The position numbers and the translations under genes were made by a program. The notes beneath the pieces were generated by a model, which saw only the letters and a program-made list of their open reading frames with translations, was not told the origin of the DNA and searched no databases. Below are positions 14,151-24,708 of a stretch of 64,000 bases of DNA, piece after piece. The DNA is from Balanoglossus misakiensis (Eukaryota > Animalia > Hemichordata). The DNA lies in contig CM082589.2 in the NCBI GenBank assembly GCA_040954595.2, positions 11,978,894 to 12,042,893 of the forward strand, given 5' to 3'. Numbering within the stretch: the stretch's first letter is position 1; every line of letters starts with the position of its first letter.

Positions 14151-15419
14151 ACACAACGTTTCAGTCAACTTTATGAGCGTTGCTACTCTAGTGAAATTCA
14201 AGTTGTAATTGCTCGGATAGAAATTTGTCTAGTCATGCTTTATATGGATAGTTTTGGTTTGCTATGGAACTACTGACTATTTAGCTTGTTGTATGAATAC
14301 GACTATGAGTAAACATTCATACAAACTCGTTATTATGATATAAAAAGCCTAAAAATGCATCTGAAACCCAATTTTTCGCTTACTATGAATATGTGTAATA
14401 AAATTGAATCCTTCATCAATGCTGGCCGGGGTCACAAATTATGTCACGGCATGTTTTTTCGTAAACACGATATTAAATTTAATTAAATAGGACCTAATGT
14501 ACTCACTGAAACGTTCAAGTCGACCAACGATATTCCATGCACACTGTGTAACATCTTCAGAGGGACTCCAGCATAACATTTGGATTCAAACGCGCACACT
14601 AATCATAATATACTATTCTTCGCGTTCAGTGACGGCATCCATCCCGAATATTCTCGTCAGAGAGATAAAGTCCTCCATGACACCTTGTGACGCAATCGTG
14701 TAAAATTCCATTACGTTGGACAACTTCCACTGCCTGCGCTAGAAATACACAAGAAACTTGAACTGTTCATGATAAAACTTGCACCTGGACCTCTGGCGAA
14801 TACTTGGAACCAGTATTTCAGGAATAATATTCCATTTTGAGGGCTTCGCGATCCATTCAATCCGAGCGATGGAAGTCAGAGATTCAAATCGCCCCGCCAT
14901 GACACCACGACTATACAGCGCCCCCAAGGCCATGTTTTGCTTTTTTTGTCAGCTGGCTCCAAGTACGAGTGTTCATTGCAAGCCGTGTAATATATAAGGC
15001 CAGATGGCCCAGACTGCTATGAAAGTTTCCCCGGGCAGTGTATCTAATACAGCGGATGTTATATAGCGATTCCCTTTCGCTACAGTCACGGTGACGAGCA
15101 AAGCCATCCTTTCCTTTTAGCCTATAAACAGTATAGAAAACATTTTCCAATTTCCGAAAAGTAGCCGTTTTTTAAACTTTTTTCAAGGAAATTAGTGTTT
15201 TGTTCACAGTACAATATATTTCGATATTTTTCTATGATTATTTTCAAGATGTTTGCGATTGTGCAGAAAGAAAAGAATAAACTGTGAAATTTCCATAGAA
15301 ATAATGAAGGAGCCATCTTTGGGTTGTATGGATTTGAATATTTCATTGAAAAAAACTAATAATTAAATTATGAATTCAATTAATAGTACAATTTGCAAAA
15401 ATTGCTAGTCACTCCAGAA

Positions 15420-15968
15420 GGGTCAGTGCTTGGAAATGTGAGAGCCTGGAAATTTCCAAGCACTGACAAGGTTCAGTGGTCGGAAATTTCCAGACACTCA
15501 GGGAATGTGAGAGCCTGGAAATTTCCAAGCACTGACAAGGGTCAGTGGTCGGAAATTTCCAGACACTCAGGGAATGTGAGAGCTTGGAAATTTCCAAGCA
15601 CTGACAAGGGTCAGTGGTCGGAAATTTCCAGACACTCAGGGAATGTGAGAGCCTGGAAATTTCCAAGCACTGACAAGGGTCAGTGGTCGGAAATTTCCAG
15701 ACACTCAGGGAATGTGAGAGCCTGGACATTTTCAAGCACTGACAAGGGTCAGTGGTCGGAAATTTCCAGACACTCAGGGAATGTGAGAGCTTAGAAATTT
15801 CCAAGCACTGACAAGGGTCAGTGGTCGGAAATTTCCAGACACTCAGGGAATGTGAGAGCTTAGAAATTTCCAAGCACTGACAGGGTTAGTGGCCGGAAAT
15901 ATCCAGACACTCGGGGAATGTGAGAGCCTGGAAATTTCCAAGCATTGACAGGGTCAGTGCTTGGAAAT
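15420..15968 (+). repeat. 69-bp tandem array, left arm, about 8 units
   Basis: Unit GGGTCAGTGGTCGGAAATTTCCAGACACTCAGGGAATGTGAGAGCCTGGAAATTTCCAAGCACTGACAA; 23-aa periodicity in the ORF track. Confidence 0.96.
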
Positions 15969-16128
15969 CTTGAGTTTCTCTATCATGTTTCAAATTATGG
16001 CCTTTAGGAAAACGATCTGTTGAGGAACTTCGCCTGTGTTTATATCTTCAACCCTACGGATGAGTTTGGTCATTTGACTGCGGTGGCCTCTTCTGCTGTT
16101 CTTCTCTATCTCTCTCCATGCCCGACAT
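15969..16128 (-). pseudogene. BEL/Pao-like gag N-terminal remnant
   Basis: Minus strand after the PBS reads MSGMERDR(frameshift)KNSRRGHRSQMTKLIRRVEDINTGEV..., resembling the RRGGHRxxxTKL start of BEL/Pao Gag. Confidence 0.6.
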
Positions 16129-16144
16129 CCTGGTCTCGGCACCA
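16127..16144 (-). promoter_or_regulatory. Primer-binding site complementary to tRNA-His 3' end
   Basis: Minus strand TGGTGCCGAGACCAGGAT, one mismatch to TGGTGCCGTGACCAGGAT, 5 nt after an LTR-like ...GGTACA end. Confidence 0.75.
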
Positions 16145-16149
16145 ACAAA

Positions 16150-16903
16150 TGTACCGCGTACACTTGGGAATAGGTTCGGAATGAAGAGAGAGGGGCGGGA
16201 TGGCCAATACTTCTTTATATACAGTGGTTTGAACTGTGACATTTGGTAACACTGCATAATTCAAGAACAATAGCATTTGGTAGTTGTGAAGTTGTGACTT
16301 TGTATACAGAGTAGAAAGAACAATTATGTCAGATAAACAATACAAATTCCTAATAAACAACTAGTGTATGGGCTAACTCAGAGGAGTTGGTAGGCGAAGC
16401 CTGTCATGAACATTGTGACGCTATTTAAAGGCTCCTTAAACAAACCTGGTGCGTCTGCGGTCCAGATCCGTACCAGAGCTTTTCGCCGAAATTCGATTTT
16501 ATCGGGAGAATATCCTTTCCCTGTCTACTAACCGGTTATAACCGACTCCGCGATTGACTTCTTCTAACATCCGAACCGCTCGCTTTCTGAAACTTTCGTG
16601 TTTACCCATTGAGATAACCTCACTGTATTCAATATGGCGATCTCAACAGGTAAACACAAGAGAAAATCAGAAAGCGAGCGGCTCGGAAGTTAATTACATC
16701 ATATTTGGAGTCATTTGTGGGTAGACGGGGGAAAGATTCCCCCCGATAAAATCGAATCTCGGCCGAAAAGCTGCTGTCCGGATCCGGATCTCAGACGAAT
16801 CAGTTTTGTCCATGGAGCCTTGCAGAGATGTGGTGGAAGCACAGTGGTGGAAGCCGTGTATTAAACGCCGGGAGAACGTAGACCTGTACGGAGGACTACC
16901 ACG
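16150..16903 (-). mobile_element. Putative 5' LTR of a BEL/Pao-like retrotransposon, interrupted by a hairpin element
   Basis: Ends in ...CGGTACA beside the PBS; TATATAAAG and TTTAAATAG motifs on the minus strand; 5' boundary uncertain. Confidence 0.45.
16443..16806. mobile_element. Diverged palindromic MITE
   Basis: CGTCTG..AGCTTTTCG.CCGA.ATTCGATTTTATCGGG..GTCTAC mirrored by GTAGAC..CCCGATAAAATCGAAT..CGAAAAGCT..CAGACG. Confidence 0.7.
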
Positions 16904-17492
16904 ACCCTGTCAGTGCTTGGAAATTTCAAGGCTCTCACATTCCCTGAGTGTCTGGAAATTTCCGACCACTGACCCTTGTCAGTGCTTGGAAATTTCTAAG
17001 CTCTCACATTCCCTGAGTGTCTGGAAATTTCCGACCACTGACCCTTGTCAGTGCTTGGAAATTTCTAAGCTCTCACATTCCCTGAGTGTCTGGAAATTTC
17101 CGACGACTGGCCCTTGTCAGTGCTTGGAAATTTCCAGGCTCTCACATATCCTGAGTGTCTGGAAATTTCCGACCACTGACCCTTGTCAGTGCTTGGAAAT
17201 TTCCAGGCTCTCATATTCCCTGAGTGTCTGGAAATTTCCGACCACTGACCCTTGTCAGTGCTTGGAAATTTCCAAGGCTCTCACATCCCCTGAGTGTCTG
17301 GAAATTTCCGACCACTGACCCTTGTCAGTGCTTGGAAATTTCTAAGCTCTCACATTCCCTGAGAGTCTGGATATTTCCGACCACTGACCCTTGTCAGTGC
17401 TTGGAAATTTCCAGGCTCTCACATTCCCTGAGTGTCTGGAAATTTCCGACCACTGACCCTTGTCAGTGCTTGGAAATTTCCAAGCTCTCACA
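16904..17492 (-). repeat. 69-bp tandem array, right arm, inverted, about 8.5 units
   Basis: Reverse complement of the 15420-15968 unit. Confidence 0.96.
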
Positions 17493-18252
17493 TGCCACTG
17501 ACTCTTTTCCAAGTATTTCAGCTGCAAAATATGGATTTGTCAATGAGCAGTGCTTATTTCCTAAAATTCATACGAAATCCAACGGATTTGTGTGATACGG
17601 ATATTAATCTAACAATTCTTGTAATAAATATTGGGTTTCAGATTTACTTTTTGATGCTATTGTTTTTTCTAGCGAAATTTTACAAACAATTCACACACTT
17701 GCAAATTTTCAGTAGAAATATTACTCATGATAAACATGGAGACAAAATTTCTTTAGAAAAAAATCAAAAGGACTGTCATGTACGTGGCTTTGAAGGAGAC
17801 TCAGTTTTTTCACAGATAAATTTTAATTTGAGTTTAAAGCCAAAATATGACAAAATGCATTTTTCCTGCTGTACAGCTGCAAGAAAGAGACTAAGCATAC
17901 CTTTATGTAGTTTTCTCATTAGAAATTGGCAAAGAATAGGGAATATTTTCATAAATTTCTAACTTTTTCAGCAGTAATTATGTAAAAAAGAGGTTTTTCG
18001 GAAATTGGAAAATGTTTTCTATACTGTTTATAGCGCAGTCAGCGTGGGAATGGGCGGGGGAACAGACCAGTACTGGAAAGTAAAACTGTAAAAGTAAAAC
18101 GTCTTTTCATATTTTAATAGACGAACTCTGCAAAAGTTTCATTCCCAAACATGAATTTTGAGATATTTAAAACTTGTATTTGATAGCAATTTAGGCCTAC
18201 ACTGGCCTACAGAATCAACATTTTTTCACACCGAGTAGGCTCGGATGCGTAA

Positions 18253-18883
18253 GGGAGCATTCGTTTTTTACAGGGAGGGGGGGGGGGGCGGTGGAAATCA
18301 GGGGGGGGGTTTACTTTTACAAAGCAGTTTTTAGGGGGGGACAAATTTTATAATCAAGGGATTATTATATAGGGACTGAAAGGGGGGGACTTGACTGAAA
18401 CTTTGACGGCTAAATATTTATTTTGAGTCCACAAAAATGCAGTTTCACGCCCTTTATTTTACAAAATTTTCTAATGTGGGAGGGGGACACCCCCTCCCAA
18501 ACCCACCCCTTCAATTCTCGGTTTACAATGTCTCCCAACACAGAATACAAATACTTAAAAAATAAAAACTGTTCAGTTTTGATGATGAGGGGAAACATCG
18601 GTTTCAAATTCTTTTCATGGGAGCGCTGTTTTTCTTTTTTACAAGATATAGAGGTGATGTGTTTTGCTCTGTGAAAGAAAATGGGGAGGGGGATTTCAAG
18701 TTTAATCCGGAGGATAAACTCTTTTTTTTGGGGGGGGGGGGTCACATTTTACAATTGAAGAATTTAGGGGGGGGACACATTTTAGAAAAGTAATTTCGAA
18801 GGGGGGTTGTCTTTTACATTTAGTCGGCGACTCAAATTCCACCGCCCCCCCCCCCCCCCTCCCTGTAAAAAACGAATGCTCCC
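18253..18883. mobile_element. PIF/Harbinger (Tourist-like) MITE with poly-G TIRs
   Basis: TAA|GGGAGCATTCGTTTTTTACAGGGAG(G)nCGGTGGAA ... TTCCACCG(C)nTCCCTGTAAAAAACGAATGCTCCC|TAA; 3-bp TAA TSD. Confidence 0.85.
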
Positions 18884-19220
18884 TAACATTATGTACCGAT
18901 CATGCCGATTTTGGAGAGAAAATTGTCCCCAAATGGCAAATATTTCCCTCAGCCCATAATTGGTGGGATAAATTCGTAGAGTCTGGTCGGAATGTCGGTT
19001 GATGCAGAGACGGAAACACGAGTAGAGTAGATTTAAACGCCAATGATAGGCCTATGACTTTATTTCAAAAAGGATCAACCGTGGATATACTGGACAAGGC
19101 CTGTAGTCCAGGCTGGACCCCACTCTGGAACGAACTCCTTTAGTGTAGAACAGGGTGTAGAATGAACTGAAATGTGTTGGAACCCCCTGACTTTAGGAGC
19201 TGAAATCCACTCCTTTGTAT

Positions 19221-19427
19221 ATGCTGTAAAAGACAATAAATTTTCGCGAAATACGCGCGAGCCAAAATAGCGTGAAAATAAAAAGTCGCGTAATTTTTTT
19301 GAAGATGACGATGCAGTGAATGAAATAAGAGAACGCGAATATTAAAACTCGGGAATTAAAACAGTGGCCTCTTACGATATCGCGAAAATTTCAACTTGCG
19401 AAAATAAAGTGTTTAGGCCTAACAGTA
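19221..19427. mobile_element. Degenerate Tc1/mariner-type MITE with repeated CGCGAAAAT motif
   Basis: TGCTGTAAAA...TTTTCGCG start, ...GCGAAAATAAAGTGTTT..ACAGTA end, internal CGCGAA repeats. Confidence 0.55.
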
Positions 19428-20932
19428 GTCATGGTAGCCTTAGGTTCTCCCATCCCATTTCCTGTTAGATTCTGCAATAATTCGGCATATCAACTCAAAT
19501 CTAATGTACCAATTTACACAAAGCGTTACATAACAGAGTCAGTTTGTTGATTTTTTTATTTCTTTTCGTTAAAATTCAGCAATTGCAGGTTATTAGTTAC
19601 CATTACTTCATGAAATCTAGAATGGTGCAACCTTTATTATCGACCTATTTCGCTCTCATCTGTGTTTTCAAAGATCTTTGAAATTGTCTCTTGTTTACTC
19701 AAGTTTCTTGTATACCTCAGATAACAAGTTTGGTTACCCAGACCCCTCTGCTTCTTCCGCTGCGCTCCCGAAAAGAGTGCAGCGGAAGAAGCAGACCCAC
19801 CCGCTTCTTCCGTTGGACACTCCAGAAAGAGGGATTGTCCCGCAGAATATACCCCACGAGGACGCTGTTGCTGACCTTCGACCCGTAGACTTTGACCCCT
19901 TACAGCGTCTTCGTTGAAAACACATTTGAGATGCAGGCTAGCGAATCTGCCAGTTCGTTTTAATGGCACATTTTTTCTGTCGTCAACTCCAATGTCGCCT
20001 TTTCTATGGACGTTACTTGGCCAGTGTTCGTTACACATCCAGGACAGTGTCAATATTTCTGTGAAAGAATAGCGGAAAACATGCGAAGCCAAGGAGCGAG
20101 CAACCAGCTGTTTTCTGCAAGTCATGCCCCCACACTGTCCACCATCATTATTCCTATATACATATTTGGCGCAGTGAGTATTGAAACATTACAGTATTTA
20201 GTGTGTTTTAAGATATCACAGATAGTTTTCACGACTTAATGTGTGGGTAGAATCACATTCGTCGAAATAACGCTGCTGCAGTCCCCTGATTCAGTCCGTA
20301 AACAAGGTAAGCTTGAGACATAGACGATCGACAATCAGTTTCCGCTGTTGATTTCGCCCTATCGCAACTCAGTAACTGGGGCCGAGTGATGCTCCATACA
20401 TTAAAGTTCACGACTACTGACACCAATTGCAAATTTGCAAATTTGCAAAAGGCGTGCTTTCAGAGAATATTCAACCAGAAAACCGACAACAATTGATGAC
20501 CTCATGTGACCTTTACTGGTTGAATCAGGCGACCACTGCAGTGTGATTCCAACGTTTATGGGAAGACCACGGCGTTTTCTAGGCGTTTTCTTCCGTGCTA
20601 GAAAACGGCGATCGGTGCACGAGTTTTGGTCTACAGACAGAATTTTCTAGTCACTACGCAGTTGGGATAATCGCCAGCATTGCCTATGGCAATGCTTGTG
20701 AGCTGTGGTACTATGGTGTGGAGGCATCGCCGGTATCGGTAAAGGCCTAGTTACACCATAAGGAGCTGTTAACATTAAGCACTAAAGTCCCTCTTTCTTG
20801 AGGAACTTTGCATTAACGCTGTTCTGATATACTTTTTTCTACAATTAACATTACTTGCTGAACAATCTCTGTACTTGTTTATGTTTCTGTGTTACCCCAC
20901 ACCATAGACGTAAACAGAGATACATAGACAGT

Positions 20933-21658
20933 AGGGCTGCATTCACAAACACCTCTGCAGGGGGGGGGGGAGAATTGAGGGGGGGATTTGAAAAAAATTG
21001 AGGGTATGTAAGGGGGGAATTTGAAATAATTTAGGGACTGAAAGGGGCGACTTGAAAACTTTGACGACTAAATATTTATTTTGAGTCCACAAAAATACAG
21101 TTTTGCGCCCTTTATTTTACAAAATTTTCTAATACCCACCCCCTCCATTCATCAACACCTTTCAATCATTGACTGGTTTATCTAGTGTCCCAGGTCAGGG
21201 GTCTTGCCCCCACCCAATGATAACTTTGAGCGGCGACAGTTAAATTTGTCCTCCCCAACATACCGGTAGTTGAGTTAATTTGCTTTTGCCAGGTTCATTA
21301 AAATGCAGCTTTGAGCTCTGTATTTTATAAAATCCCCTTCAATTCTCGGTTTTTCAATGTCTCCCAGCACAGAATACAAATACTTAAAAAATAAAAACAA
21401 TGTTCAGTTTTAATACCCACTGATGAGGGGAAACATCAGTTTCAAATTCTTTTCATGGGAGCGCTGTTTTTCTTTTTTACAAGATAGATAGGTGATGTGT
21501 TTGGACACAATGGGGGAATTTCAAATTTTTGGCAGTTCGGAAGGGGGGATTTGAAAATATTTCTGGTTGTGTACGGTGGGCATGTGAAATTTAGCGGTAA
21601 AAAAATTGAATTCTCTTGCCCCACCCCCCCTCCAGAGGTAAATCTAGAATGCAAGCTA
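20933..21658. mobile_element. Degenerate poly-G TIR MITE sharing internal sequence with 18253-18883
   Basis: TGCATTC...ACCTCTG(G)n mirrored by (C)nTCCAGAGGT...GAATGCA; internal blocks TAGGGACTGAAAGGGG, GAGTCCACAAAAAT, CACAGAATACAAATACTTAAAAAATAAAAAC match 18370-18670. Confidence 0.65.
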
Positions 21659-22219
21659 TCAAATTTCCAATAAATATGGTTATGTAGAGAGAGACTTGGT
21701 CCTTTTAATTCAAATTTATTTACACAAAACTTGAGTTTACAAGGAAATATTAAGGAATACTTTATTTGTCGTTTCCCAGGGTCTGGCCCTACAGCTATTT
21801 CTTAGTTCGGGAAATAACAAATTAACACAATTTTCGTATGTTTAGATGTCAAAATTTATTCAATCTAGGTGAACTGGCAACGCGGGGCAACAGCTAGCTC
21901 TGCGTACAGGTCTGTGTGTTCCCGGCGTTACACGGCCTCCACGCCAAGAACACTGTACGCAGAGCTGGGCTATACCATAGCAAGGCTGGCGATTACACCA
22001 ACTGGTAGTGGTTTTGAGTGGTTTGACTAGAAAATTCTGTCTGTAGACCAAAACTCGTGCACCGATCGTCGTTTTCGAGCACACTGCATTTATATTAGAC
22101 AGCAAATCACCCCAAAACGTCTCACAACTTGTACAACGGCCCCTTTTTGAACTTTATGCAGCGAGAAAGACATGCTCAGCCGCCGCCATCTTGATTTACG
22201 CGGAAAGGATTCTAAGGGC

Positions 22220-22510
22220 AATATTAATTCGACACAACGTAAAATAATTCGACACAACACGTGAAATTAATTTGACCAAACAGGTGATATTAATTCGACA
22301 CTACACGTGAAATTAATTCGACACAACACGTAAAATTAATTCGACACTACACCTGTAATTAATTCGATTGTTCACGTAAAAATAATTTGAGATATTGTTG
22401 GCAAAATTATTTCTAACAAAGATAAGCTAAAATTTAGAACACATAAAATGATTTCTGCATGACTACAAAAAATAATTAAAGCACATAAAAAATAATTCTA
22501 CATACTGGTA
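22220..22510. repeat. About 23-bp tandem repeat (ATTAATTCGACACAACACGTGAA), decaying rightwards
   Basis: Repeated AATTAATTCGACAC; probably subterminal repeats of a non-autonomous element ending near CCCCCATA at about 22550. Confidence 0.75.
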
Positions 22511-24160
22511 AAATTAATTCCAGGCTTTATAAAATTAATTCTAACATGTTTTAGTAATAAACTACAATTTTGACCAGAACAGCCCCCATAGATACCGGTA
22601 GTACATGTTACTTTGGGTGTTTTTCTCAATGTTTATAATGTGTTTTCATTGCCTGTTCTACTTGTGTCTGAACATATTTCAAGCTTCATTAGCTGTACAA
22701 CTTTTCACTTTGTTTTCAATATTTTTGTTTTAAGTATTTACTGCAGTGTCTTCTTCAGATCCCTGAATCATGATGAAATATAGGTGTGTCTAGTCAGTAT
22801 TGTTATTCTAAATTTGAAGTCAAGTCTGGACTAGAATTCATTTCAATAGCCGTTACACACATACAGGTTATGTTGACAAGTGGAGTTCTGGGTAGAGCAT
22901 GTGTTACAGTTAATGTCTCTTTAAATATCACATACATACATGTGTCTAGTTTTGTACATGCAACTCATATGTATGTTATATTTATTGATTGACTGTCAAA
23001 TATCCTCCTGTTGTTTGATTAAATGTAAATATTGTATGTTGTAGAAAGCACAATTCTCCTAGTTCCATAGATATCAGTGCTCATTTTAAAGCTGAAAGTG
23101 ACATTTTCAACACTAAATGCAAGGAAATGTAACTAAATATTTTAATTTTGCAGTCAAAATGCAACACAGTCAGCTCCGAACTGCATTTAAAATCCAAACA
23201 CATGGTGTTATATTCTTGGTAATACGCAAAGATCTGTATCCTATCCACAAAGTATATATCATACACACAGTATTATCTTAATGCAGTTTATGAAATTGCT
23301 AGAAACATTGTAATATTTGGATGATATTTAAAGAAAAGTAATTATATTTATATTAACAGTATGTAAAAGTTACGAAGATTTAGCGTTGAATGATGATGTG
23401 ATGTCTGTAAGAGCTGTTCCAATACATGGTGAGTGAATTTCAAAAACCTTTTGTTCAATCAACCTTTCTACTGTCCTGTGATTCCAAAAGTAATTGAAAT
23501 ATCATTACACATGTACCTGTATATAGTGCAGACTGTAAATAGAGCACACTCTGGAAAAGAGTTATGTAATTAATATCTCTATCATGTGAGTGACATCATT
23601 TTAAGGGCCACTGACCACCCCGACCATGACAATTTGCTAGGGGGTGCCAACATCTCAACAGGGGGTGAATCCTTCCAGGCCATGTCTGGGTGATTGATTG
23701 ATTGATTGATTCATTCATTAAGTCAGTCAGTCAGTCAGTCAGTCATATTAATTAATTCATTAATAATAAACGATATAGCTAGCCAAATGTTATAGGAATG
23801 GGCTAACACCCTTGTCATATAAACTTTGGCGAAGCGATCCAAAGCTCAGCTAAGGTAGATGGGGGGGGACCTGAATCACATGCCCCATCATAATGAAAGC
23901 TACCAACCCTCTTAGAATGATACTACGGCCTATACGTTGATCACCTGATCGCATCACCCTGTCACACTTGGCAATGGGTTACTGTTCATGTATGATAAAG
24001 GGGTTATTACACTAAGTTTGGTCGATAACGTGATGCATCCTCGTGATGTCCATAATATGGACATCACTCAAATATGACGCGTTATCGGCAAAACTTAGTG
24101 TAATAACCCTTAAGTAACACCCTCTTATTTTAAAGAACACTCATTATGGAAGCCCATTAA

Positions 24161-24245
24161 CCCTTTCACAACCAAGGTTCAGTCTAAACCCATTGTTATC
24201 TATGAAAAGGTTCAACCTGTATAGAAGGAACTGGGGGTGAAAGGG
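24161..24245. mobile_element. Miniature piggyBac-like element, 85 bp
   Basis: TTAA|CCCTTTCAC ... GTGAAAGGG|TTAA. Confidence 0.8.
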
Positions 24246-24708
24246 TTAAAGGGACATTGTCTCAGTTTTGTCCTTTGACTCACTGGCTTTTATTAGAGGT
24301 TCCTACCTTTAAATGTTTCATAAAATGTTTAACAAAATCTGTCTACAATCGGAGTAGACATTGTTTACATACACCTTTTGTTAAATAATTGTACTGTGTT
24401 GTATTTCAGATTTTTGTCAGGAGCAGGTGAGAAATACGGTATGATTTCTGAAGGTCTGAGTACTGCATTGCAGTTATTTGACGATATGAAGAGTTTACGA
24501 TACTCAAGGTAATTATGGTAAAATTCTGAGGTTAAAGATCATTCTCTAGTTATAGCCCCCACTTTTTGAGGTGGTTTATCTGTATGTAAAGCTCACCATG
24601 TCAACCAGGAAATGATTCCATACCGACAGTAAAGTACAACTCACGTGTGAAGTACATTGAAACCTGCCTAGTAAGGGCACCTCTGGGATCACACAACATG
24701 TCCTTTAA

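Larger units (their letters stand above)
15122..18033. mobile_element. Foldback-type element: 39-bp terminal inverted repeats and inverted internal 69-bp satellite arrays
   Basis: CTATAAACAGTATAGAAAACATTTTCCAATTTCCGAAAA at 15122 and its exact reverse complement ending at 18033; arrays at 15420-15968 and 16904-17492 face opposite ways. No clear TSD. Confidence 0.85.

Noticed and set aside
14497-15120. Possible decayed coding fragment on the minus strand
   Set aside because: Higher GC and some protein-like stretches, but no motif I could assign.
15393-17962. ORFs with 23-aa repeats; CRISPR-like look of the palindromic arrays
   Set aside because: The 69-bp unit is a multiple of three, so frames stay open by chance; units are identical with no unique spacers, there are no cas genes and the context is eukaryotic.
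19637-20239. 162-aa and 77-aa ORFs as genes
   Set aside because: They overlap a hairpin repeat and show no recognisable domain.
22220-22510. Possible CRISPR or iteron array
   Set aside because: Contiguous 23-bp tandem units without spacers.
22759-22783. 25-bp micro-exon (TTCAG...TAG|GTGTGT)
   Set aside because: Stops in all three frames and a weak donor.
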